Below are positions 22,101 through 33,180 of a DNA stretch of 35,284 nucleotides, one piece after another. The notes beneath the pieces were generated by a model that worked only from the letters and a program-made list of their open reading frames with translations, was not told where the DNA came from and did not search any database. Source of the DNA: Polymyxa betae A26-41 (Eukaryota; Protista; Endomyxa: Phytomyxea); NCBI GenBank assembly GCA_003693705.1, contig RBZT01000759.1, positions 1 to 35,284 on the forward strand, read 5' to 3'. Position numbers and translations under genes: made by a program. Position 1 is the first letter of the stretch, and the number at the start of each line of letters is the position of its first letter.

Positions 22101-24344
22101 TCAGAAAGTTGGCGGCGAAGGTCCGAACACTCTCCTTCCTTTGCAGCAAGCGCAGAATCTGAAGAAGCTGGGAAAACAGTGGCATCGTGCTGCTGTTGAA
22201 GTTTCGAACATCTCTCGACTGCTTCTGAAAGCTGACGCCGAAGCTCTAAACACTCTTCTTCCTTTGCTGCAATAGCAACTGATTCTGATATAATACTAGA
22301 ACTTGCAGCAGCACCAGCATTCGCCTTAGGATCTACAGAGGGCCCTGGATGAAGATCGGTGAAATGACCTTGAGCGGAGAGAGCCTCGGGAGCCCGTAAG
22401 GTTGAAGAGCTAGTCCGCTCTAGAACGGAGCACTTGTCAACTGATTCCGAAAGCCTCCGGTGCAGTTCTGCGATTTCATTGTCTTTGTGAGAAGCAGCAG
22501 TAAAAAGCTCAGTGTTCTGTCTCTCCAGAGCGGAACATCGTTCATTCGCCTTTGAGATTTTTGCTTGGAGAGCAGACCACTCCGCCTCCTGAATATTTAA
22601 AATGCCGGGATCGACAGCAGCAGAGCTCGTCGTTCTCTCGCGATCCAGTTGGTCTCTGAGCATGACGATTGTTCTTTCCAAGCGACGAATCTTTTCTGTG
22701 GCACCGCTTTCATCGTTGTTGATCTGAGTCTGGGATTGCGAATCGGTGATTTCAACCCCTAAAGTCTGGATATCCACGTCACGAACAGGGTTGGCATCGA
22801 CCTGAGTTGAGTGGGAAGCCTTCTCAACTGGATCGACTGAGAAGGTTGACAGATAAAAATCTGTAAAGTGTCGAGTCGGTGATCGAACGTTATCCGTTTG
22901 GACCTCAACCGAATCCGTGGTAGGAGTGGATTCGACGACATCGCATAAGAGCCGAACCTCTTCGGTTTGAATTTCGGCAGAACACATCTGAGGAGAGTTA
23001 CAAAAAGATACAGTTCGTAGAACAGAACCGCAGTCGATGCAATGATTCAAACGTGTCGAGGAGAATCGATCGATGGCGCCCATCCATCTAAAACAAATTA
23101 GCACTGGAGATTGATCATGATCGGACCAACCTCCAAAAGACGAGTGCTTTTAAGCGGCGTTTTTTTAGCTGTTGAAGCGAGCGAAAATGCTTCTTATCGC
23201 TAGAAAAAGATCTCCATGCATGGAAGCAGCTCGACAGAGATTGGAACCGTTGCTGGGCGCGGTGTTCAACAATTAGCTCACCGTGAGCTATTCGTAATTG
23301 GTCGCATCTCTGACGCCAGCGATTAGCATATATGCGAATCCAACGAATCCAGGAGCTGACAAGCGCAGCTTTCCTCCTAACAGACACTTAGTTAATACCG
23401 GAATAAAGTAGACACGAAAATATGTATTACCGAAGTTCAGACTGTCGCAGAGAATTGCCACTACTCAATCTCCATTTTAGAAAGAACATTTTACTCAGAT
23501 GTCTCCTCTGGAACTGGTACAAAAATATGGCAATATGGTTCAAATCCCGACGAAACTTGGCCTCCTGTTTCTGAATGTACCATCTGTAAAAGTGCAATGA
23601 TTTATCCTAGAGCATCGTCTTAATAAATCGGAATGGCGAGCACAACTAACTTACCGTTTTCGGTTGATAGCGAGCAATTGCATTGGAGCATGTTGTCAGG
23701 GCCCTTTGCGACCCGAAACGGGTCTTCCACACATAGAACGCCACACACTTGCGTCTTTGATTTTGTATAGCGTAAAATCGGTCATTTCGACAAACGAGCA
23801 AGCGAAGCAGACCCGAGGCACGAAAGCGAAGTGTCTAAACGCACTCAAAACTATGAACATTTTCGGAAAGAGCAGGCTACATTCGATTGCGCAGCGATAT
23901 TGGTCAGGGTGTTGGCGACTAGTTCGGACGCGATTCGCTGATCGTCTTCCTCGCGATCTTCAAGCGGAACCGCAAAGAACGAATCAAACTTGCTGAATCC
24001 AGAGCGAATTGCTTTCGACAGACTCTGCAACTCATGCTCACCGATCTGATTCGCCAATCTCAGTCGAGCCAGCTCGCTTTTCAGATCAAGAACCGGATCC
24101 AAAGTATGGCGCCGTGTAGTCGTTTCTACAGAAGCGATTTAACAAAAATCGGGTTGTTCAAGCATAAGATACGTATTGAAAAGGCACTGGTAAATTCAGA
24201 GTCGAGATCGGGAAGATAAGAGGTGATTTGGGCTTCAGAGTCTAGGTCCAGCTCTTGATTGTAAAGAGATGGGGACGGCGTTTGGGTATAGTCGGCCAAC
24301 AGATCGTAATGGTCATGATGGCGACTGTCGCGGCCACCATTCAT
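19181..24344 (-). CDS. Large coiled-coil protein with Sfi1-like (centrin-binding) F-x-x-W repeats, multi-exon
   Basis: ATG at 24344 splices in frame to the 24102 ORF (AFSIQ|TTTRRHTLDPV). Many RYFQRW, RFFSAW, SSFSQWR, KAFLHWR, RTFLQWR, RIFSTW and KAWRNW motifs at both ends; central coiled coil; ~3.9-kb last exon. Confidence 0.75.
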
Positions 24345-24402
24345 ATGGGGGCTCGCTCCCTCCTTTATTCCCTCTCCCCTGTTTCTCTTCTTGATGCGGT
24401 CA

Positions 24403-24625
24403 AGGCAGGATTATAGAGCTTCCCGCACTCCGCTTCTGTCCATGTTAACGTTACATTGCTGGGCTGCTCTCTTTTACCAACAGGGATAGCCAGATGTGAA
24501 AGGTCGCATTGTTGATTGACACCCGTTACTGTTATCAAACATGGGTGAGAGAGCAATCGCAGCAGCGGGTCCATAAGCAATGATGTATGCCGTTCAGAGG
24601 TCTGCATCCGACTATGTTCTTGCCT
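24403..24625 (+). ncRNA. Candidate structured non-coding RNA (long interrupted stem ending in two hairpins), family unassigned
   Basis: Nested complementarity read by eye: 24403-16/24612-25 (13 of 14 pairs), 24432-38/24595-601, 24454-60/24576-82, 24461-64/24569-72, 24465-72/24548-55, plus hairpins 24494-509 and 24520-547. The wobble pairs work as G-U on the + strand. Confidence 0.3.
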
Positions 24626-24745
24626 GCCAGTAATCGTGAACACTAAGCTAGCGGTGCCATCTCCCATGTATACAAATTTATCTGCAACCCTCCAAGCAAT
24701 GTCTTCTAAAAAACTGGTTTCACATTTTATGTATTGATTTTCTTT

Positions 24746-26143
24746 TCAATATGCCAGCTGTTTGCTTTGCGTGAACCTCATCATGATATCAAAAGAATGC
24801 TCTGGCTGGTCCAGCGGCACCATATGGCCAGCGTCATAGACCACAAGATGGGTCAGGTTGCCACCGGATCTAATATAGCCGCCGAGAGTGTCGCGATTTC
24901 GCCAAGCTCTTCGGCTGTTCAGGAACTCGTACTTTCCGTCCCATACTAAATACTGGTCTAGAAGATCTTCGACGCCCAAATAGTTGCAGACCCAGTCATA
25001 TTTCCCATTTACCACCAGGACACGTGCTTTCTGAACGACAAGCTCCAAGAATGGCAGTGACGATACCTATTGCGAATTAGCCTGAATCACAAATAAGCTT
25101 AAGGGGAGGCCGACCATATCGTCTTCTCGCAATGTATCGAACACTTTGACGCCATCATCTTCGTTCCAGAGATGGTTACCAGCGTTTAACGCTCGTCGAA
25201 CATGTGATTGTGCCAGCCATCGATCCATAGCGCCAGGGTCGTCGGCTGTACCGCTCGTATCGCGAACATCATAGGGCGAAAAGCCACCGCCGCATTTGTA
25301 AATGTACTCGGCGGCCTCATCCCAAAGCTTAGCCGATTCAAGCTTCTGTCCGCGTTTGAACAGGTCGATACACTTCTCCATGAGCGTGTCAGCGTGTACT
25401 TTCTGCTCTTTTGTCAGAAGGCCGAAAACGTCAGCATGCGTTGTATAGGCTGGAATCTGAGCTTCTGGATGGACCCATGGGCTGACAAGCACGATTCCAT
25501 GAAGATTGATGCCTTCTTCCAAAAGACGAGCGCCGATGGCAGGGACCCATTTCCCGGCGTACGATTCCCCGGCGATATAGAGTGGACAAGAAGCGAATTC
25601 TGGATGCCGATCCCGGAATCTGCCAATGAACTCCAGCATGTCGTTGGCCGCTTGCGTATCATTACGAATGTAACGATCTGGGCTGTTTGTGTATGAGAAT
25701 CCAGTGCCGACAGGAAAGTCGATAAACATGATATGGGCGAACTGATTCCAGGCATGCTGATTTGGTGTAAGGTTGAGGTCCTCATCGACTGAGTATGGGC
25801 CAATTTTTTCAGTCAGCGACCCATACATAGATGAAGCTCCCGGGCCGCCCTGCAGCCAGATAATCAGCGGCGACTTAGCGATCTCGGTCTCATTGCGATT
25901 CTGAAAAAGCCAGTAGAACAGGTTTGTATCAGTCTTCTTGTCAATGGACAACAGACCAGCGTATTGCTTTTCGAGCGGGCGTCCGAATCCAGGAAGGTTG
26001 TTGACGGAATCTTGAAGTGATAATAGTGGGATAGGAGCAGGGCGATGTGGAGGTAGTGTTGGCGATCGTAGAGCTGGGGTCCTCTTGGCCGTAACATCGC
26101 CAAATACAAAGAGTGAGAACGCTGCGATAACCAATAGTGCCAT
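24746..26143 (-). CDS. Secreted serine carboxypeptidase (peptidase S10), 2 exons (intron 25067-25114)
   Basis: Signal peptide MALLVIAAFSLFVFGDVTA; WLQGGPGASS, GESYAG (Ser), NGKYDWVC (Asp), DAGHMVPLDQP (His). Confidence 0.95.
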
Positions 26144-27601
26144 GGTTTGGCAATCGTTATGCTATTAGGATATGGAATGTCACGACAAGTTCCGGTTAAG
26201 GTTCCGATTGATCCTTCTGCTTAGTGATTAATTTCTTATCAAGGACCCCCAGCGTCCGAGGCGGTTCGAGATGGAAGTAGCAGTCGGCTGCCGATAAGCA
26301 TCATTTCGCATGCAGATAGGGTAGATGCATTTTCAAAATATGCATCCTGTTCTGTTTAAGTAGAGCCCAATCAGGCGACGATGTCGACAACCTTGTTTTG
26401 CAAATCTGCGATTGAAATTCCGGTTGGGAAAACGCATAGGCTCGTATAGACATAGCAAAAGTTCATCGTCAAAGCGTTGATTCTGATTTAACCAATAATT
26501 TTTGAATGCTTTGCCGTCTTATTGAGTCAACAATGTTGCACAAGTAATTAGTTTTGCTAAATACAATTGCTAGCTGATTGGATTCTTTGTTTTCGAATGA
26601 AGAGTAATTCACGGAGAACATTGCAAATTCTCGCCATACGATGTCTTGCTGTACTCTTAGAATCCATGTCTCAATTCATGGTACTTGTCTGGACGGCAAA
26701 ATACTGAGAGCAGCAAACTTTGAAGAATCCTGATTTTGCCAAGGCACAATGCCTAAATCTTCCGGCCACATGCTTGGCAAAGAGCTGCACCGGCTACAGA
26801 TCAGTGGCTAAATGAGTATGCCAAAATTTCTGCAGGAAACAGCTAAACAGCTCAACTCGAAGTGGTAACGTGCAGGCAGTTCGGCTGACACTGTTGCAAA
26901 TAAGTTTCGCCTATTAACCATCAGCAATCGGCTCAATTTCCTGCTTTAATCACAGGCACAAAAGAAATGGACAGAATCCGGTCAATTTTCATCAGACATT
27001 CTCTCTATTGGAATCACAGTCGTTCTTTGCAAACGAGATGAAATTTGACAATCAATGTGCGCAATGGGAATCCCGTCTCCTTGGTCATTGGTCAAGGAAT
27101 TGTCAGCATCAACATCAGCATGCTATTGGCGTGAATGCCCATACTATGGAGAACATTCTCGAAACTGCTTAGAAGCAAATGTAATCATCGCAAAAATCTG
27201 TGATAGGACTGCAATGGAGTAGCGACAAGTCGAGGGGGTCAAACTCTCCGTTGGATAGCCGCTGGTGGATTTCCAGACTTAAATCTGGTGCGAGTCACGC
27301 AGTAAACCTTGACTCAACCGGAGCTCCAGTTGCGCAGAAAATTCTTAGGGTTTTGTCCTGTGCCGGGCAGCTGCCTCGTGGGGAGGGATTCAGTTTGTTA
27401 TTTGTCGCCCAATCTCTTTATCAGTACCCTTTATTGATTTGATCGGCGTCGTGAGCTCTGGATCCTATTCGTCGAGCCACCTCATACGTCGCTGTTATAA
27501 TATACCGCGCCTGGCGACCGCCTTGATTTCCGCTCCAAACCGCCGGTGAGCATGATAATGTCTAACACCCGTCCCCTAACCCTTGCCTTAGATTCTCTAC
27601 C

Positions 27602-28969
27602 ATGTTTGTTTTACCGCCCAATTGTTCGACCGACCGAATGGCTCCTTGCTTAACAGCTCGTGGCTGCTCGGCCGAAGGTCATTGTCAATCACGACCGTTT
27701 TCAAGCATGCCGTCCACTTCGTCTTTGATTAAGCATTTGCCTGGATATGGAATCCCGGACGAGCCGCAATACGCTGGACTCGTGAACATCGAAGAAAAGA
27801 CGAGCTCCAATCTCTTCTATTGGCTCATTCAGAGCAGCAAAGATGAAGTGGTCGCTAAATCACCGTTGATTATCTGGTTACAAGGGGGGCCTGGCGCCTC
27901 ATCCTTGTATGGCCTATTAGGCGAAAATATTGGACCGTATTCAGTTAATGAAGATCTGAAACTATCACCTAATCCTCATTCGTGGCATCATCTGGCACAT
28001 TTGATGTTTATTGACTATCCTGTCGGAACAGGATTCTCTTACACTAACTGCCCTGAACGATATGTTCGAAACGATGCTCAAGGGGCTCAAGATTTTCTGC
28101 AATTTCTGCTGAAGTTTTACCACAAGTATCCTCAATTTCGCAAATGCGATCTGTACATTACAGGCGAATCCTACGCTGGCAAGTACGTGCCTGCCATTGC
28201 TGATCGGATTCTTCGCTGGAATGAAGGCGCCGACTGCTGCGACCAGTTGATCAATCTACACGGCGTCGTGCTTTGCAGCCCATGGATTCATCCTGAGGCT
28301 CAGACTCCGGCATATACCGAGCATGCACACCGCCATGGATGTCTTACTGATGATCAGAAATGTCATGCTGACGACCTCATGGAAGAATGCGTTCGGCTGT
28401 TCCGTCAAGGCGAAATGCTGAAATCCACCAAGGTTTGGGATGAGGCCGCTGAATACATCTACAAATGCGGTGGTGGATTCTCTCCATATGATGTTCGTGA
28501 TAAGAGCGGGACAGCTGATTTGCCTGGTCCAATGGACCGGTGGCTGGCTCTGCCTGAAGTTCGGAAAGCTCTTCACGTCGGTGATCGTGTCTGGAATGAG
28601 GACAATGGCGTGAAAGTTTTTGAAAGCCTTCGTGAAGACGACATGATTGGATCATTACCATTTTTGGAGCACGTCGTTCGAAAGACACGCGTTCTTGTCG
28701 TAAATGGCGAGTACGACTGGGTCTGCAACTATATCGGTATCGAAAATCTTCTGGACCAGTACTTAATGTGGGACGGGAAGCACGAATTCGTGAAAAGCAG
28801 GAAAGCTTGGCGCCATCGGGAAAATCTCGGCGGCTATATGAGGACTGGCGGCAACCTGACCCATCTCGTCGTCTACGACGCCGGTCATATGGTGCCATTG
28901 GATCAGCCCGAGATTTCGTTTGATGTTATGATGAAATTTACGCAAAGTCGAAAGGTCACAAAAAATTAA
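27602..28969 (+). CDS. Serine carboxypeptidase (peptidase S10) paralogue, intronless CDS, no obvious signal peptide
   Basis: WLQGGPGASS, GESYAG, NGEYDWVC and DAGHMVPLDQP; closely similar to the 24746-26143 copy. Probable 5'UTR intron at 27546-27591 (GTGAG...CTAAC...TTAG). Confidence 0.95.
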   Translation: MFVLPPNCSTDRMAPCLTARGCSAEGHCQSRPFSSMPSTSSLIKHLPGYGIPDEPQYAGLVNIEEKTSSNLFYWLIQSSKDEVVAKSPLIIWLQGGPGASSLYGLLGENIGPYSVNEDLKLSPNPHSWHHLAHLMFIDYPVGTGFSYTNCPERYVRNDAQGAQDFLQFLLKFYHKYPQFRKCDLYITGESYAGKYVPAIADRILRWNEGADCCDQLINLHGVVLCSPWIHPEAQTPAYTEHAHRHGCLTDDQKCHADDLMEECVRLFRQGEMLKSTKVWDEAAEYIYKCGGGFSPYDVRDKSGTADLPGPMDRWLALPEVRKALHVGDRVWNEDNGVKVFESLREDDMIGSLPFLEHVVRKTRVLVVNGEYDWVCNYIGIENLLDQYLMWDGKHEFVKSRKAWRHRENLGGYMRTGGNLTHLVVYDAGHMVPLDQPEISFDVMMKFTQSRKVTKN

Positions 28970-29904
28970 AAGCAAATAAAATAAATATTTATGTAATGCG
29001 CAACCCATCTTCATGGCTATACTCTCGTCATCCCCTTTTGAGAGCCACGTTTGTAGCTAATTCTTTGACTATTGCAACAACCTTCATATTCGTGAAGGCA
29101 GATAGCCTTCGATTTTTCGGAATCAGTTTTATTCTGACATTGAGCGATCTTGGTTCCGTGCTTGATCATCAAATGATCTATGTACAAAAACACTGATGTC
29201 AAAGCACAGTTAAATGTCCTCTTGTTCTGACAGCTTCGTTGCCGCCGTGCCCATGAACGACAAGAATTATCTGTGATCTACAACACTGGCATTGAAAGCA
29301 GAAGAGCTTCATGTACTCGTTGAGTTAATGGGTTTCTTGCTGGCTGAGCCAATGCAGTAGTTTTGTAAAGTGGATGGAGGGATTTATTGAGAGATCTTTT
29401 CTCCAAAGTGAAATGAATCAGAATTTCGAAACGCTCTTGTCCGTCAAAAAGGCCAAATATTCTTTTTGGAATTTTTCAATACTCATCAGATTGTGGTTGT
29501 TTGAATCTAGAGCTGTCACATCTGATAATGAATGCTGTCGGCTTGGATACTTTTTCGAATTCTGGTAGCAATCTAATCCCGTTATACACCCTGGCATGCT
29601 CTATTTGTGAGATCACATTCAAACTGTGTTTACACTTCATTTTCACATCTTGGTTAATGGATAATACACGCAGACAATCATCATCTCAGGCTGCATCTGT
29701 TACGGCCGTCTATAATCCAAACTCATACTTCCAACATCCAGCCCTGTTCATTAGACTGAGATAAACGACCTTGATTGGCGGAATCGTATTCTCATTATGC
29801 ATTCAATGGTAATGATAGCCGATCGGAAAGAGATAAACGTCGAATCAAAAATTGGAGGACAATCTGATTTACATCCTTCTGAACGCCAAAAAATATTATT
29901 GAAT

Positions 29905-31167
29905 TTAATTAATAGAAGCAAACCTTTTGGCGATTTGCTCATTTTCATCGATATGCCATAGAGCTAGGACGCCAGCGGATCCACCGACCGCTAGCAGCAT
30001 CGGGTCCTCTCGATTGAAATCCAGCGAAAACACATCGCCAACCTTGAGATCCTTCTCGGCGACCGCCTCAGCTCTCAATTCGGAGATGTCCCATACTTTC
30101 ACGACTTTGTCGGTACCACCGGTCGCCACCAGTCCCTGCGATTGCGCGCTGAACGCCAACGCCGTACACGATCCTTCATGCGCCTTCCATTCCAGCAACG
30201 TCGCGTCGGAGCCGCTTCCTCGTCGAACATCGATCAGTCTGACGAGGCCATCTTCGCTGGTGACAGCGAAAATCGCCGGGTTCGCAACATTCCACTGGAT
30301 CTGTTCAACATCGGCCGCGACCTCGTATTGTAACGCCTTGGATCCTGACCGGCAGTCGACAACATGGACTCGTCGGTCGTAAGCGCCAGACGCCAGAAGG
30401 CCAGGCTCGACAGGATGCCATTGAAGAGTCTGAACTTTATCTGTATGATGACGAAGGATAGTGGAGGGCGCGGCCTTCGCCAAGTCCCAAAGCGCGATAG
30501 AGTGATCAGCTGAACCAGAAGCTAATAGATGTGATTGGATGGGTGTCCATGAGAGTGACATGACGGCGTCGGTGTGATGGTGGCTGAGGACGCTGACCGG
30601 CTCCAACACGTCGATCACGTCCAGGTTCCAGATCTCGATCTCGGGCTGGAACGTGCCGATGGCCACAAACGAGCCCGGGTTCGAGGATTGGCGGAAGTCG
30701 TGGTTCAGCCATTGCAGGCAAAGCGGGAATGACGGCAGGATGAAATCGTGATGGACGAACAAAGATCCGGATTCCGAGTCGTAGACCTGCATCTCGAGCG
30801 AGAATTCGTCGTCATCGGCGCGGCCGACAAGACAGATGCGATCGCTTTCTTTCAGTTCGTAATCTTCGTGATCAGAAAGGTCGTCAAGGTTGTCAGCCTC
30901 CATGATGTCTTCGTTATCGACGATGATATCATCGGCGGCCGTGTATTTCGGCTTGTTATTGTCGTCTTCGCGATCATAGTTGTCGAGATCGAGGGCGTCC
31001 AGGAACTCTTTCTGTGACAGATTTGCGACTTTCTCGTCGACGTCGGACGATTCGGAGTCGACGCCGGTCGCCTGCTGGGCGACCTTCAGCTCCTCGGGGG
31101 AGATTTCATAGCGCTCGGGAACCCGTAAACAGGCGCCGGCTGGAACCCAACGGACGGCCGAGATCAT
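29905..31167 (-). CDS. PWP1: Periodic tryptophan protein 1 (WD40, ribosome biogenesis/chromatin)
   Basis: MISAVRWVPAG N-terminus, acidic region, LFVHHDFILPSFPLCLQW, AIGTFQPEIEIWNLDVID, HTDAVMSLSW, HHTDKVQ. Intronless. Confidence 0.93.
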   Translation of the reverse strand: MISAVRWVPAGACLRVPERYEISPEELKVAQQATGVDSESSDVDEKVANLSQKEFLDALDLDNYDREDDNNKPKYTAADDIIVDNEDIMEADNLDDLSDHEDYELKESDRICLVGRADDDEFSLEMQVYDSESGSLFVHHDFILPSFPLCLQWLNHDFRQSSNPGSFVAIGTFQPEIEIWNLDVIDVLEPVSVLSHHHTDAVMSLSWTPIQSHLLASGSADHSIALWDLAKAAPSTILRHHTDKVQTLQWHPVEPGLLASGAYDRRVHVVDCRSGSKALQYEVAADVEQIQWNVANPAIFAVTSEDGLVRLIDVRRGSGSDATLLEWKAHEGSCTALAFSAQSQGLVATGGTDKVVKVWDISELRAEAVAEKDLKVGDVFSLDFNREDPMLLAVGGSAGVLALWHIDENEQIAKRFASIN

Positions 31168-31425
31168 GTCGATTATGACGCAGTCCGAAAATGATCCGTG
31201 GCGGACCGGAAAGTTTTAATTGGATTTTTACGATTTTCCCTCATTTTCTTTCGATAAATATTTGCGGGTTTCTGTCACTTTTTTTACACAATTGCGGTGA
31301 AGAGGACATCGATCCACACTGAGCTGATGAGAGATCGCGAACACAATGAAAGCTGTCAGGGAAATATTATTGCTTTATTTATTTACAGAAGTATCACTTA
31401 GGCATGAATAATTTAGTTTCGTGAC

Positions 31426-31924
31426 TCACGTTAGCGGTAGCGTCTCTGCGTCTTCGTTTGACTCCGACTTTCTTCGCTTTGGCTGTGGCCTGCACGCTGT
31501 TAAGCTATAGCCTGGCGGGATGCAAGGCCAGAAATACGGGCCGAATGGTGGCGGTTCGGTTGTCCTGTTTAACGTCAACATCGGAATTACATTATTCGAT
31601 TTCTGCATACCACCATCCATAAGCAATCTGCGGTGGCTGTTTGAAGAATGGAAACTCGGGCGTTGATGGGTTCGGCGCCGTTGTTGGCGGTGGAGGTGGC
31701 GCTCTAGCAGTCGGAGGACCAAGCATTGGGGTCGGGTGGATTGTAGAAAGTCGCGGTCGTCGTCGATCCATTGGCGTACTGGGCCCAGGCGAGAATAACG
31801 GCGAGAATGGCACCATCGGAATCGGCCTCGGGGTCGGCTCGGAGCCGCGTTTCGAATCGGCAGCCACTGGCGAGGGCGACGGGCATGGTGAACGCTGCGA
31901 CAGGTCCCTGCAGGTGAAGTCCAT
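31426..31924 (-). CDS. Small proline-rich hypothetical protein, 2 exons, with an NLS-like PKRRK
   Basis: ORF 31592-31924 splices via a ~45-50-nt GT-AG intron (acceptor at 31565) into the frame ending ...PQPKRRKSESNEDAETLPLT*. Region is GC-rich and coding-like. Confidence 0.5.
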
Positions 31925-33180
31925 GTCCGGTTGCCGGCCAGTACGAAGCAGGCAGGTCAGCCTGGGAGAAATGTGAAATCACGCGCCAAATCGACCAAGC
32001 TCGCAAACCGTGGGGCGGTGGGGCCGCACTTTCGTTCGTCCCGAAGTCCCCAACTTTTTGATTGATTTGGGCGTTGTGATTGCGAACAATTCTATTTAGC
32101 TGTCGAGTTAAATCTCTCCCGGAGAACAAGTCCTCCCCCAGCATATTATGCAACGAGTCTTCAAACTTTGGCTATTGATTTATGCTCGATGATGGAATGC
32201 CAATATAATATTTAAACAAAGTGATGCTTATACCTTTATTTTTAGGGGTTTCATCTTTGATTACTCGAATAGACCATAAGACTACCGTAGTGACTGTTAA
32301 TTCCCAGCTCCAGATCTTCATCATCCATGATGGTAGCTTGCAGCTGTGGGCTGTGACCAGGCAATAGATTTGAGCGGGCTATTTGCTGATTAATGCCATC
32401 TGAGAGGTTGGTCTTTGCCTCTTTACAAGCCATACACTGTGATAATCCTCAATTCTGATGCCATTGTATTTTCAATTGTACTTCAGTAGATAGCTATTGG
32501 ATAGCAGAGCTTCCTGTTTTGAAGATAAGCAAGAGGGACAATTATTTGAAAGTCCAGATATGTTCTTCGCTTTAAAATTTGAATTGCTCATCTACTGCTG
32601 ATAACGGGTGAATTACTGTAACGCCCCGAAATCAGTAGTAGGGGTTCTGGAGTCTATTTGGGCAATTTGCCTAAATTTTCCAGCCATGCGTTTTGGAAAG
32701 AGCGCCGCCGGTTGACCATAAATCAGCAAACTAGTCGAATTCAATCCAATCCAATCTACTGCTGATGTTGCTTGATTTGCTTTTTCTATTTTACAAAAAA
32801 CTTCATTCAAGAGGCCTATATATTAACAATGATACAGCTGGATTCGAATCGCATGCTAGGATTAGTGTCTGAATTAATTATGCGACAAGGCTGATTCAAT
32901 ACGGTTCATTTTCACATGGTACCAACATAACGGAATGCTGGACAAGTTTCGAGTTCCAAAATCGCACCCACTTTCTTGAAAATACAGTACAAGCGAAAAA
33001 GGGTGAAGACTGACGTGTGACGACTGACGAGTGACGAACCTAATCTGTTGGCGACCTGACTGAAATGCGATATCTATTTGCGAATTTTGCGCGAGTTTTG
33101 CGGTTTTTTTCTATAGGTTCCTCTCTTTGTCTGGATCTCACCATCATGCCTTCAGTGTCGAGTAGCAGTGACAATGGACC

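Noticed and set aside
24365-24667. 100-aa ORF, or a group I intron, SRP, RNase P or U5 identity for this segment
   Set aside because: The ORF has no protein-like features. The P/Q/R/S elements, SRP helix-8 motif, RNase P CR-IV/CR-V and Sm site are absent or in the wrong order. Kept only as an unassigned structured-RNA candidate.
26628-26645. Intergenic sequence translating as FSPYDV, identical to a motif in both carboxypeptidases
   Set aside because: Flanking codons show no similarity to the enzymes, so a third decayed copy cannot be supported.
32587-32596. CTCATCTACT, matching the element terminus at 847-856
   Set aside because: Only 10 bp, in direct orientation, with no extended similarity; likely chance.
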